Assembly (NCBI GenBank): GCA_977018835.1
Contig: OZ361259.1
Span: forward strand, 1,240,001-1,304,000
Origin: Minutocellus sp. GHC0000111
Lineage: Eukaryota
Direction: 5' to 3'
DNA length: 64,000 nt
Under the pieces are notes generated by a model, which was not told the origin of the DNA, did not search any database, and saw only the letters and a program-made list of their open reading frames with translations. The position numbers were made by a program, and so were the translations under genes. This document shows positions 34,787 to 46,667 of the stretch, piece after piece. Within the stretch, counting starts at the first letter, position 1; the number at the start of each line of letters is the position of its first letter.

Positions 34787-36699
34787 ACGCAAGTCGGCAG
34801 TAAGTTTTCGTACCTTGGACAAGGCTGCTACGGAAGCGTTGTTGGCCAAATGCCTAAAGGAGAAGGTGAGCGTGACCAACGCGTTGACTGCTGCGGTTGC
34901 ATTGACGGCTACCGATTTCATTGGTGATGATGATGATAAGAATTCTGGCAAGGAGCGCAATTACAAGGTGTTGCAAAGTTTGGATATGCGTCGATTCGGT
35001 GCTCAGTTGGACACATGCGAGACCGTGGCGTGCATGGCGGGCAGCATGGACCTCATGCTGGGTCCCTTCCCCGACAAATCCGGTGGATCCGTTCGAGGCA
35101 CAGCTGCTGGCTCGTACGAAACTGCGCAATTTTGGGATCTGGCACGCGAGGGCAAGAAGCAGACTGCCGACTTTATGGAAAGTGGTGGACCGGCGCAGGC
35201 TACGCGGGTATTCGATGCCTTCATGACCATTGCCGATGGAAACAACTTGGTCCATCTCACCTCCGAAAGTGCCGCCAGTCAGGGAAGGGCGTACAGCGCC
35301 GGTGTGTCGAACGTTGGTGTATTCGAAAGGCAACGGGCGGTCAAGCGTGAGGGTGAGCCCGATCGCGACAGTTTGATGTCCAAGCATGGCAAATATGAAA
35401 TTCAGGACATATACTTTGCCACTCCGCATTCTCGGTCGGGATGTTTGTATCAGGTATCCGGCCAAACGATCAATGGTGAGATGAAACTTACATTCCACCC
35501 CGCCAAGCCGATCGTTAGTGAGGAGACCAATGCTGCCTTTGCTGATGCTTTCGCGAATCTGCTCGAGGTTACTGCCGGTGTGAAGGAGCCCAGTACCGAG
35601 AAGGCAGAAATGTCCAACGGTCTGTTGTCCATGATTCCCTCCAATGCTCTCAGCCTCGCCGCCCTCGCATTTAGTATTGGCGGTGTTGCCATCCACGGCG
35701 GAGCTTGGGCCGACTTCTTCCATTCCATCAATGAAATGAAGGCCAACGTTGCCGACCCCGCCGATGCCACTGCCGCCATTAACTTTTGGATTTTCTTCGC
35801 CGTCGGCCATCCCATCCTGCAGCCCATTCTGTGGATTAGCGATGTCCTTCATGGCACGCCCGGACCCAAGATCGCCGACCTCGTGCCGTATCTCTTCCTC
35901 GCTGGCAATCTGGTGGCCATCGGCGCCATCACCTTTTCCAAGGAGATTCGGAATGCTGTCAATATTGCTGCCCTTGGTGCCTTCTTGGCCTATGTTGGTG
36001 CTGGACTGGACGGTCAGGCTGGACTTGGCGACTTCAACTTGGCTCTTGATGATTCATACAAGGGGCAAATCGTCAAGGGATGCCCGGCTTATGACGAAGT
36101 CAGACAGCCCAGTATGAACAACTTTGATCTAGAGAAATATCAGGGCAAGTGGTATGAACATAAGTTCCATGACTGGACTCAGTTCAAGGAGGTTTACGAC
36201 ACCACGCTTGATATCAAGCTGACGCCGGACGGTAAGGGATGGATCGATGACTTTGCCGTCAAGGGACCTGCACCGAAAGCCGTTCCGTTGTCGTGGGACA
36301 AATCGCCAGTAGCAAACGGCGCTCACTACTACTTGTTTGGCCGGGTCGATGAGAAGGATCCGCCAGGTGTGTTGAGGGAAAGTGGCTTCGGCGTCGAATT
36401 TCCCAACTACATCGTCGATGTGCAAAAGGACGAGAATGGAGAATATAAGGAGGCTATTCAGTTTCAATGCTTGGAACGCGGCGGTGTTCGAGTGTTTGAA
36501 GGCATCAACTTCATGAGCCGTAATCCAGTAATGACCGATCAAGAACTCACGGCCATGCATGCCCGGGCCGAAAAGGCTGGCATGTACCCTTACGGTGCTT
36601 CACCGGAGCAGATGCACAGGGTAGCGATGAGAGATGTCAATGCTCCAGAGATCAACAATAGTTGGCAACAAATGTGGAAATTCATTGGTGTTGACAAGC

Positions 36700-36746
36700 T
36701 ACTGGAATTGCTAACGGAGAGCATTGAAGATGGTGGCCGATAGGCA
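36700..36746 (+). repeat. 47-bp direct repeat, copy 1 (last codons and stop of the fusion gene)
   Basis: Matches 38664-38710 with two mismatches. Confidence 0.9.
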
Positions 36747-37994
36747 AGGACTTTGGCTTAGCTAAACACTTACATAATTCTATATTACCCCTTACAACTT
36801 TTTGTTGCATCTGATGCCCACCTGATAATCAACTCATTCCAGTGGTTTTCTATCAGATACTCCCACACCATATTCGCTCGCTCTTTTTCTCGATCGTTAT
36901 CTTTGATTTGGAATGGTCGGTCAATAAAATCTGGAAGTTCCCCTCTGTCGTTGATCAAATTATTCTCGATAACGATTCGTCGAGCTACTTCAACTGAACC
37001 GCCGATATCATTTGCTATGGCAACCAACACATCTTTTGCCTCCTCGCGTTCCGACTCAGTGGGATCATAAAGGTGCATGACCACAGATGCATAGCAACTT
37101 GCATCTCCAAGTAATGCTCGAGCAAGCTCAACCTGGCGCACCCCATCAAACCAGCCCGGTAGTGGTGTCTTCGAATCCATTTTCTCATTGGAATTATCGT
37201 CGTATCGTGAGCATAGATGAATGAGCCGGGGCAATGTTTGGTTGTATCGATGGGTGGATATCACCTTCAGTGCAGCTGATCGAACCTGCGCCTGGGGATA
37301 CATTGCTCCATCACCCGGTGAACAATCTTCGATTCCCCCAACAAGCTTGAGAAGCTTATCCCAATCATTGCGATTCAAATTGGCCCCCACTGCAGCGGTG
37401 GGAGTTATGTCCGACCACAAGCATCGAAGACATTCGGTGCGAATGTGCCAAGGGAGTCGGTGCGAATACCCATATTGCACAAATGCCTTCGTCGGGGTTG
37501 ATTCCGATGAAAGGAGATAAAGGAGCCGAACCAAGACGCGGCCTTCCTCCGTCGTGTACTGGTCAAGAGGTTTGGTGGTGGATGCATCATCTGAATGATT
37601 GCGACCATCGAAGATGCTTTGAGCAGTCGCAATGAGCTCTTTTTCTTCGCCGCCCACGCTCTTCAATATGTTGCAAGCTTCCATGGCAGCCTGTCCGGTT
37701 TCATCTTGAATCGCTATCGCCTTGTCGCTTCTCTTGTCGTTATCAGCGTTAGTCGATGCCGAACCGTCGTTGTCTTCAGGTGCAAAGGGCACCTCCACGA
37801 GCTGACCATCACAGTCATCATTGCTGCTCTTCTTACAATCACCTTCGGCGCATGCCACAGCTCTCCGTCTGCTTTCTCGGATGGCATCGAGAATGGCCTG
37901 GTTCATCTCTCCTGGCGTATCTTTTTCCTCAGTGAAACCAACACAACATGAGACGGGCGACGAACAGACCAAAAACAACAAGATTTTTCGTGAC

Positions 37995-38621
37995 CAGGGT
38001 TGTCTACCCGACCACTTTTTGTCATGGGTGGGTGGGTGTCGGGTGTCACCCCAAGGAGAATTATGGATGGGTGTGGGTAGACGGGTCGGCACCCATTTGC
38101 ATGCTTGAAGTGGCAGGTATCGGGTATGGGCACTGGGTATCTGATTTTGGGTGCATGAGAGGCTCAAACTCAGATTTTTCTTCGGCATTGACAATCCCAA
38201 AATTGGCATTGATGAATCCGAAAAAATTGGCATTGGTGAATCCTAAAATTGGCATTGGTGAATCCTAAAATTGGCATTGGTGAGTAGTCCTAAAATTGGC
38301 ATTGGTGAATCCAGTTCTTCTGCTAAAAGTTCACCACAGTGGGCACCTTGACCTCTTGGTGGCCACTTTAGGGGGATTTTGGCATCATTGTTCGCGTGTG
38401 GTGGCTGTTGTGCAAAATTGTGCGCAAATTTGGCCTCGAGATGAGGCAATTTTCACACCCATCTAGCCACACATCCGCACGTCTGTAACGATGGGTGTCG
38501 GGTGGGTGCCACCCATCGCCATGCATTGGTCGGGTGGGTAGAAAATCTACCCACCCACCCGGCAAAAAGCGGCACCCGACACCCATTCGGGTGTGGGTAT
38601 CTCCTCGGGTAGACAACCCTG
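37995..38621. mobile_element. hAT-type MITE, 627 bp
   Basis: Perfect 17-bp TIR CAGGGTTGTCTACCCGA; 8-bp TSD TTCGTGAC (37987-94, 38622-29); GGGT subterminal motifs. Confidence 0.95.
38199..38312. repeat. Five tandem ~22-bp units (aaaattggcattggtgaatcct) inside the MITE
   Basis: Read directly; no spacers. Confidence 0.9.
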
Positions 38622-38663
38622 TTCGTGACACCATGGGAAGCAACGCATCACTAGATGGATGTG

Positions 38664-38710
38664 TACTGGAATTGCTCACGGAGAGCATTGAAGATGGTGG
38701 CCGGTAGGCA
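38664..38710 (+). repeat. 47-bp direct repeat, copy 2
   Basis: Encodes the same LELLTESIEDGGR* with two synonymous changes. Confidence 0.9.
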
Positions 38711-38861
38711 GACCCATTCGCTAAATAGTGTTAACTGTCTTTAATTCCAGACCTCTTTTAGATATTCTCACACCGAACTCGCTCGCATTATTTTTTACTC
38801 GTGACTTTTGAATGGTTGGTGAAACTGACGGTAACTCTCTAGCCCATGAGTAACACAAAAT

Positions 38862-39647
38862 TCAGTCTTTTCGTTCATTCGCCGCGGCATCTTCTACAGG
38901 GAGGGGCAGCTTTTTGTATTTCCAATCGTCAAACAAATAATCATTCCTACAGACGGGACATTCGTTGTGTTTGATAAGCCACATTGAAATGCAGTCTTTG
39001 TGATAGCAGTGGTTGCATTCTAAATTTCGACTCCATGATACCTCTTCGCCAGCTTCCAAGCTTTCGAGGCATATTGTGCACACCATTCTTTCTCCACTCG
39101 TGGAGAAAGAATTCTGCAAATCTGAAGCTACGCCCATGTCACCATCGATCATGACCTCTATCGGAGACGACGATACATCGTTGGGGACGATTGTTGATGG
39201 GCCTTCAACGTCGATGCTAACGAATGCGGCAGCGACCTTTTCGTCATCTGGATCGTGGGCAAGATCGTCAATTGCTGCGAATGATTCATGGGTGCCGACT
39301 TTCTTTGTCACGTCGGTCCCAACACGGGCATAATGATACTTTGCAGGCTTTGTAATCACATGCTCGAGAATATCGGCCTTTCGTTTGTTTATGTATCGTC
39401 TTCTATCTCGATAGTCACGGTCCTCGTCGCGTTGGAAGCACGGACACAGAGCGAGCAGGAAGAGGATTATACCGGCACTGGCGATGAATGTAGGTATTTT
39501 GAAATCAATGCTCTGAAAATTAGGGTCGGCCCCTTTGCTCAGGGCGGTTGAATTGCGGCAGGAAAACGGTGATATTTCACCCCCAGCCGCCAAGTGTGCG
39601 CGGGTGTTGCACCAGAGCGGAGCGATTTCCTGGTCTGGATCGGCCAT
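38862..39647 (-). CDS. Membrane-anchored RING-H2 E3 ligase
   Basis: 'CTICLE..CNHCYHKDCISMWL..CPVCR' with an N-terminal TM helix. Confidence 0.85.
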   Translation of the reverse strand: MADPDQEIAPLWCNTRAHLAAGGEISPFSCRNSTALSKGADPNFQSIDFKIPTFIASAGIILFLLALCPCFQRDEDRDYRDRRRYINKRKADILEHVITKPAKYHYARVGTDVTKKVGTHESFAAIDDLAHDPDDEKVAAAFVSIDVEGPSTIVPNDVSSSPIEVMIDGDMGVASDLQNSFSTSGERMVCTICLESLEAGEEVSWSRNLECNHCYHKDCISMWLIKHNECPVCRNDYLFDDWKYKKLPLPVEDAAANERKD

Positions 39648-40091
39648 GTAATTTGCACATAAAGTCGCGATTGCTATTGTATTGTTGCTTGTTGAGCTGA
39701 AGTGTTACTCTCATTGAGTGTTATGAGCAAAGGCCGAGTCGAGTCATGCTTGTTCAAAAAGACGATGCGAAGCCGAACGAGATGGCACCTTTATGTTTTG
39801 ATGTCGGCCATGCTATCATGGCGGTCGCAGGATCACATTCGGTGCATGCCACCACTCTTCGTCTGCTCTTGTGGATGGCGTCGAGTCAGAAAAGACCTGG
39901 TTAGGCGGATCGGCGCTCATCATTCCGGCTTGGCAAGCACCGTATCTTGGACCTCAGTGAAACCAGCACATGATGCAATGATGTGTTCTCTGTGAGACGG
40001 TCGACGTACAGATGCACAGACCAAACACTTAAGATAAGATTTTTCCCGTGACACCTTGCTCAAAATCCAACCGTCGAACACCATCGCCAAG

Positions 40092-41313
40092 ATGATGAAG
40101 CTCCTACCCCTCCTGGCCGCCTTGCTGGTCGACGCTGAACAAAGTGCGGCGTCGCATTTGCCCTCGGGCCGTGCGTTTTCCCCACCGAAAGCAAGCAGTG
40201 GCCTTGAAAATGACCATGTGAACAACAGCAAGCACAGCCATCACGGATCAGTTCTCGACATTCCCAGAGGCGGAGTCGGACCGCTGCCAGTTGAAGATAC
40301 GGCCAAGGTCGCCTCAGCGTTCTGTAAGTGCTTCGATTATACGCCAATTGCATGCTCTCAACTTACAAATTTGGTGTATCTCGGAATTATTTGCTCTTTT
40401 CATGAACCGACACATATTTTGTGCACAATTCGTTTCGTGTCATGAGAATTCTAATCCATTCGAATTGTGGATCCCCTTTCTTTCAGACCTTGGCCATGCC
40501 CTGTACCAGAAGCTGGCACCGGCCAAGTCAGCCCAAAAGTACGGCTACACCATCGATCCGCCCCTCGAGTACGCTCAAAGTGTCAACGCCGACATCAATC
40601 TCACGTTGGGCATATCGGCATGCCTGTTGTTCTTCAAGACTCCCAGTTCGGCCAACCGTGCCATCGGTGCGGGGATGCTGGCCATGATTCTGGGAAATAT
40701 TGGTGTGTTGCTCAATGATCCCGTCGAAAGATTGAAGTTTGTTACCATTACCGGCCAGTTGGTTCAGTTGGCCATCAATGGGTAAGTCGTGTTGTGTGCT
40801 ATCTTATGGATATGGTTGTATTGCATGAATCATGGCTTCTCACTGACATACATTTGTCGACCATCATTATATCTTTTTGTCATCAGATTCGTAACATATG
40901 CTCTGCTGAGTGGCGCCGAATATGCCGACCTAACGCTCAAGGCATTCTCCATCTGGCTTATGTCCAACGGCGCTCTGTGTGCTCTGAGTCCGAACCAAGC
41001 TGATGATGCCTGGGGCGGAGAGGCCGAGGACACCACGGCCGGAGGACGGGCCAAGATCCGGGTCATCGGTGGCAATTGTCTGGCGCTGGGCACGTTCTGT
41101 CACGCGTTGGCCATGGACAAGAGTCCGGCGCAGGCGCTTGGACTGGCATTCATCCCGATTGTGATCAATTTGGTCAATTGCATGTATGTGAGTCCCGCTG
41201 ACTTTAAGGATGCCGGTGTTAAGGAGGGTCCGGTATATGGTTGGATTGCTGCCCTTCTTGTTGGCATCGCTACTCTCGCTTTTCCCGAAGCTGATGTCGC
41301 TGCTGCCGAGTAA
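40092..41313 (+). CDS. Multi-pass membrane protein, three exons (~40092-40324, 40487-40781, 40887-41313)
   Basis: Signal peptide, 'IPRGG', GTAAG donors and CAG acceptors, hydrophobic helices. Confidence 0.6.
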
Positions 41314-41521
41314 ATGAGGAGAGCTATAAGAAGTGATCAAACTTTATTTGTTTTCTATGTTTTACGCGTGAAAATGAAAAGAACCTCGGCGCATCATATC
41401 GATTACTATGTGGAGGTTCGGGGCATATTATTATATCAATAGGAACATAACTTTTGTAGTGATAGCAACATAATTGGAACAGTTCAACATACACATGGCT
41501 CTCGGTGTGGTGGAATGTTGC

Positions 41522-42493
41522 TTAGGCAAACGTGGTCTTCCAAACCTGAGGGGCGGTCTTCTTCAGCTCCTCGTAAACAGCATCTTGAATCTCTTCGGTG
41601 GGGGTCAACGCCAGCATCAGCCCGCCCCGACCGGTACCACTCATCTTGGCACCGATGGCACCGGCCTTTCGAGCGGCTTGGACCAGATCGTCGCTCTCCT
41701 TGCAACTGACCGTCAGCTTTTGGCAGAGGGTGTGATTCTCATCCATGCACTGGCCAAGCGCAATGAGATCGCCCTCCTCCAATGCCTTCTCGCCTCTGGC
41801 AACCAGGTCCAGATACTGTTCCATTAGATTGTCGAACCAGGCTGGATCGGCCTCCTTTTTGGCTCGGACATCACCGACTACCTTGGTTGTGCTAGCGGTA
41901 ATACCAGTACTGGCGTACACAATCCGAATGGGTTCGGCAATCTGCTTGCGATCAAAGATGGGTGCCCCATCGGTACGCTGGAAGCGCAAAAGGCCCCCAA
42001 ATGTAGCGGCCGTGTTGTCAATGCCAGACGGCGTGCCATGATATCCTTTTTCGCCTTCATATCCAGCCTCGTTGATTTTGTCTTCCGTCATCTCGCGACC
42101 AAGCGCCTTGGACAGCGCACGGGCCTGTGCAACGACCTGAGCAGCAGACGCGCCAATGCCGCTTACGGCACATAAATCACCGCCAAAGTGCAGCGTGATG
42201 GGCTGCTTGGATGGATCCAACCCAAAATGTTTGAGGACAAGATTTAGTGCCACATCGGCCTCCTCCTTCTTCTCGACTTTGTATCCGGGTATGGCCGGCC
42301 GGTCGTCAATGACGGTAAGTCCCGTTCCGTTGATGGCAGCAGAATCGGCATCAGCATCATGAATCGTGGCGGTACATGTTGTGGCGGCAGAGACGGCACC
42401 GACCAGAGCGGGTGCTTTATAAACGACGAAGTGCTCGCCGAAGAGGATCAGCTTGCCGTATCCCTTGCATGCGGGGCTGGTGTCGGAGACCAT
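41522..42493 (-). CDS. MVK: Mevalonate kinase (GHMP family)
   Basis: 'GKLILFGEHFVVY', 'GIGASAA', 'HGTPSGIDN', 'GAKMSGTGRGG'. Confidence 0.9.
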   Translation of the reverse strand: MVSDTSPACKGYGKLILFGEHFVVYKAPALVGAVSAATTCTATIHDADADSAAINGTGLTVIDDRPAIPGYKVEKKEEADVALNLVLKHFGLDPSKQPITLHFGGDLCAVSGIGASAAQVVAQARALSKALGREMTEDKINEAGYEGEKGYHGTPSGIDNTAATFGGLLRFQRTDGAPIFDRKQIAEPIRIVYASTGITASTTKVVGDVRAKKEADPAWFDNLMEQYLDLVARGEKALEEGDLIALGQCMDENHTLCQKLTVSCKESDDLVQAARKAGAIGAKMSGTGRGGLMLALTPTEEIQDAVYEELKKTAPQVWKTTFA

Positions 42494-42799
42494 TGTTTTG
42501 TTATTGCGTTCTGATTGATTGGAATGTTTGGGTATCTCTTTCCAGCACAAAGTGCCAACCTAGCTATGCAGTAGGTATGCCGAAAATGAACAATGACAAA
42601 CGGAAATTTCGGAACTTATGAATCCGATAAATAGAGTGTTGAAATAGAATTATTTGTGGTCCCGGAAACTCCCAGACCGCAACGCAAAATGGCTGCCATC
42701 GCCCTCCCAGTCGACCATCATGCCCCTCGCAATGGCACCAAACACCATATCTCCCTGCATTCACCAGGATAACAAGCCGCTTATGGTCCCAAGGTAGCT

Positions 42800-44150
42800 T
42801 GGTGTTTGGTCGCTAAACACCAACTTGCAAAAGGTGGCCACATACGCTCACAAAAATCGTCGCGGTGGGCGTCAGAAATGGAAAGTCTTGAATGTCGTCA
42901 AAAACGAGGTATTTGGCTAATATCTCGTGACATATGCCTTCGTGCCCCGGAAAACTCAGTTCATTCGATCCGCATAGTCTATGAGTGGATTGTTGTCAAG
43001 GAACCAACACTCGATTCATAAGGTGTGTCAAGAATTCACATGCTTTACTGCCGAAAATGGGCCCAAATCCGACATTTGCCCCAAAAAGAGGTATTTGGCG
43101 TTTATCTCGGGAGATACAGCTTCGTGCCCCGGATAAGTCGTGCTCGTTCGATTTGTATGATCCACGGGCGGGCTGTTGTCAAGGAACCAACACTCAACTT
43201 GCAATGAGTGTCGAGAAATCGCATGTTCCATCCCTGAAAAATGGCAATTTCCCGCCAAAACAGTTTTTGGTGTCTATTTCGTCAGATACTGCTTCCAGAC
43301 CCTAGTTCAACCATATTATTCGTTCTATTTGGTCCATGGGTGGAGTTTGGTGTGGTAGTTTGAATGAAATTCGTGGCGAGTGTCGAGAACTAGATCACGG
43401 CGACCCCAAAATATCGTCGGAAAACGAAAATACGGTATTTGCGGTATGTTTCATGTTTTAGGCCTCGAGACCAGGATTTTATCCTATCAATCATCGGTTT
43501 GGGTTCATGGATGGAGGTTTGAACGGCGGTTTGAAGGCAATTCATCGGCTGTGTCGAAAATAAGCGTGCTACAGGTTCAGAAATGGGCTCGGTGGCATTC
43601 GGGGCCAGTTTGGGGGGTAATTCTTGCCAAATAGGCCTCGAGAGCAGGATTGTACTGTCCAGATTATTTGTGTTGGTATAGGAGCTGGTGGTGATGCCGT
43701 AGTTTGCGGGTATTTGGCAAGTGGGATGGAGAATTTTCGAGTAAATTGTCGAAAATCGGCTCTAAACGAGATTTTTGGGGTTTCGGCTAGGTGGAGAGGC
43801 CGATATCTTGACAATCAAGCGAGAAGACCAGCACAAATAGGTTTATTTGTATTGCTATGGTCCCATGCCAGTATATTGGAGCTTTGGTGGGGGTTTGGTT
43901 GGCGGCTTGGCCACTAACTATGTCCTTTATTTATATCTCGTGGAGGTCGATGACGGGCGATTTTCGATGTTCTGATCGAGCCAATAGGGTTCCAATCTCG
44001 CGTCTGGAGCAGGATTTACTGCGTACTTTTGCCTCGCTACCTGACGATATACCCAAAGAATGTCATGAGCGCTTGGGGTGGGTTTTGGACTGTGGCTTAG
44101 CCGTCAATTATCGCTTCTCTTGATGACAGAGGTCGATGACGACGCCGAAT
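42800..44150. repeat. Degenerate ~180-bp tandem array (outer limits uncertain)
   Basis: Units at ~42900 and ~43085 share gaggtatttggc, cttcgtgccccgga, tgttgtcaaggaaccaacactc; weaker copies at ~43260, 43430, 43610. Confidence 0.6.
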
Positions 44151-44633
44151 TTTGGGCGGGTCCAAAGGCTCACTTGTTGGAGTGAATCTCTCACTCCAAT
44201 AGGTTCTCTTTCCTGGCGAAATACCCAATGGATAGTATGAGTGCTTGGGCGGAGGTTTGAATAATGCCTTGGCCATAATCTTGTACTATTCCTATTCGTG
44301 CAGGTCGTTGACCCTCTTGTCTTGGCTGGATATTCTAATATTCATGGTTGAAGGGATCCAATCTGTGAATTCCGCGAGAGTACTGCTGCGCAATTTTCTT
44401 TCGCTGCTCGAAGGTTTGTCTTACGGGTGGCATGGTTGCTTCTTTGGACATTAGAGCTATACCTATATACCTAATGCTCAACAAGAAGTATTGCTGCTCC
44501 TGGGAGTTCCCTGGTAGTCGAGGATGCACGATTACTGTTTGTGCAGTGGGCCTACTTTCAAGTTCATATAAGCAAGGTGTAGTTCCAATTTTTTTTAATA
44601 GTTGTTCTTAGCTGCGTAGCTGTACAGAAAACT

Positions 44634-46667
44634 TTAAAGAAAGAGTGTGTTCAGTAGCTTCTTTCCAACCATGTAGGCCAAGCCTGCTCCGATCACCTTC
44701 TTATTCTTGACGAATTTCGCAACCTTGTCGCGCTTTCTTCCTCTCTTTTCCTCCAATGCTAGCTCTTTTTCTCCGAGCATGTCTTTTTCTTCCTCGCTCA
44801 CCCACATTTCATCCGGAATATCCTTTTTGATGTCTTCGTGAATAGTTGTAAGTGTTTGTGGTGCCTTCGTCATTATTCCGTTGGCTTGCATGGATGACAT
44901 CTGGGCTCGCCTTTTGTCGGCTGCGGCAACAGCCTCCGCTGCCTTTGCTTTTCGTTCCTCATTGTATTTTCGTACCATTGCCATATCACGTTCGATCTGT
45001 GCCTTGGCAATGTCAGCAGCCCTCTGCTTTTCGAATTCTCGCGCTCTTTTTGCTTCAGCGGCTCGCTGACGTTCCATCTCTTTGGCTCTTTCTTCCATTT
45101 GAACCCTTTTCTTCTCGGCTTGTACCGCACGTTCTGCCTCCAAGATTTGCGCCGCCGACGCTTGAGTCTCACTCACTGTTAGTGAATTCGATGCAAGCTT
45201 CATCGCTTCATTCAATTCCTGATTAGTGCGTTCGTCATATAGCTGGCGACTGGTAGCGACTCTCTGCTCGATCCTCAACCTCTCCTGTTCCAGCTCTCTA
45301 GCTTCTTCTTCAAGCTTACGCTCAACCTCATCCCTCGCCTCTTGCGCGGCAACCTCGGCAAGATATCGATCCTCTTCATCGTCAATCAATTTCTGTGCTT
45401 CAGCCTTTGCCTTTGCTTCGGCTGCCGTTTCTTGAATAGCGTCCACTCGAGTATCGACCGCGCTAGTATCGTCGCCATCATCGCTCAAACCATATCGTCC
45501 CTTCGCCACATTCAGTTCCATCTTCAACCGATCGTCCTCCAACTGCGACGCATCGGCCTCCCTCTTCAAGTCCTCCTTTTGACTCTGCTGCATCAAGCTT
45601 TGCAGCGCATCCACCTCCGTTTGCCGCGTCTGGGCCATGAGGTCCAGCATCTTTTGTCCCTCCTTCAGATCGGCAATGCGTTTCTCCTCTTTCTCTTTTC
45701 GGGCCCGATCCTGGACCTCCTCCATGGCAGCAAATTCCACGGCCAGTATGTTTCGAGCTTGCTGCTCGATTTCACTGTCCCTGTCGGCAATACGGGCAGC
45801 CACATCCAATTTACCCGCGGCCTCGTCTTGGGCCTTGGCATCTTCCATCATTTTGACGAGGGTCAGGGGATCAGCTGCAGCCATATCAACCGCGGCGGGG
45901 GAAGGAGATGTCGAGATTTCATCAACAGTCTCGACCTCCTTCTCGACGTCGTCCCTGGTATCACTCGATGCTTCGATATCAGGCACGTTCGCATCTTTAT
46001 TATCATCGTCGAACACGCCCTCTTCCTCCATTCGTCTCTGCTCGGCAATCATCTCCCGCACCTTGCGTTCCTCCTCCTCGGGCAGGGACGATTGAATGCC
46101 GGCCGGATCGCTCCCCCCCTCGGCCAACTTCCACTCCACCATCTCAGCATCTGCCTGCGTCTTGTTGAATTCACCGCGCTCCTCGGCCAGGGCCAGCTCG
46201 GCCTCGCGTTCCATGGCCAACTGCAGAGCCTCCTCGCGTGCCTGGTATTCGGCCCTGAGCTGTTCGGGGTCGGTGTACTTGGCATCGAGGGATTGGTCGG
46301 TGGCGCCGGTATCGTCGGTGGATTGATCGACGAGGAGGGCACCTGCTACGGCTGCTACCGTGAGGCCGATGGATATGAGGAGTTTGGTAGATGTATCATC
46401 CAACATGTTGTCAGCAGATGCGGCGATGTCGAATGTGGATGATGGGTCGATGAGGTTGAGGCTGGTTTGACCGTCTTGGCGGGCGATTGTAGCCGGAGAT
46501 GAAGTGAGCACATCACGTGTCGCTTTTTGATGGTGATGAGTGAAAGTCGCCCGTTGTACCGATGGAACAAATGCCGATACCTTCTCGAATAGCAGCAGTG
46601 GAGCAGCAAGCAGAAGAGGCTGTGCCGTCATCCTCCAGCTCATCGGTAATGGTGATGACGATGACAT
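44634..46667 (-). CDS. Coiled-coil protein with plastid-type presequence and a TM helix
   Basis: 'LLLAAPLLL..VSA-FVP'; long E/A/K/R-rich helical region. Confidence 0.75.
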   Translation of the reverse strand: MSSSSPLPMSWRMTAQPLLLAAPLLLFEKVSAFVPSVQRATFTHHHQKATRDVLTSSPATIARQDGQTSLNLIDPSSTFDIAASADNMLDDTSTKLLISIGLTVAAVAGALLVDQSTDDTGATDQSLDAKYTDPEQLRAEYQAREEALQLAMEREAELALAEERGEFNKTQADAEMVEWKLAEGGSDPAGIQSSLPEEEERKVREMIAEQRRMEEEGVFDDDNKDANVPDIEASSDTRDDVEKEVETVDEISTSPSPAAVDMAAADPLTLVKMMEDAKAQDEAAGKLDVAARIADRDSEIEQQARNILAVEFAAMEEVQDRARKEKEEKRIADLKEGQKMLDLMAQTRQTEVDALQSLMQQSQKEDLKREADASQLEDDRLKMELNVAKGRYGLSDDGDDTSAVDTRVDAIQETAAEAKAKAEAQKLIDDEEDRYLAEVAAQEARDEVERKLEEEARELEQERLRIEQRVATSRQLYDERTNQELNEAMKLASNSLTVSETQASAAQILEAERAVQAEKKRVQMEERAKEMERQRAAEAKRAREFEKQRAADIAKAQIERDMAMVRKYNEERKAKAAEAVAAADKRRAQMSSMQANGIMTKAPQTLTTIHEDIKKDIPDEMWVSEEEKDMLGEKELALEEKRGRKRDKVAKFVKNKKVIGAGLAYMVGKKLLNTLFL

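Larger units (their letters stand above)
33590..36743 (+). pseudogene. Plastid-targeted HxxxD acyltransferase + TM helices + lipocalin fusion, interrupted at 34634-34786; start codon unclear
   Basis: Signal+'DAF', 'HPLLRS', 'GPLWKVEL', 'FNHAISD', 'VSVTNALTAA', 'SLDMRRF', 'SNVG'; lipocalin motif 'FDLEKYQGKWYE'. Confidence 0.75.
36785..38634 (-). pseudogene. Hypothetical helical protein, separated from its ATG by a MITE
   Basis: Removing 37995-38621 plus one TSD restores ATG GTG TCA CGA AAA ATC (MVSRKILLFLV...) in frame with the ~400-aa ORF. Confidence 0.7.

Noticed and set aside
38199..38312. CRISPR-like array of ~22-bp repeats
   Set aside because: Repeats are head-to-tail with no unique spacers, lie inside a MITE, and there are no cas genes in this eukaryotic context
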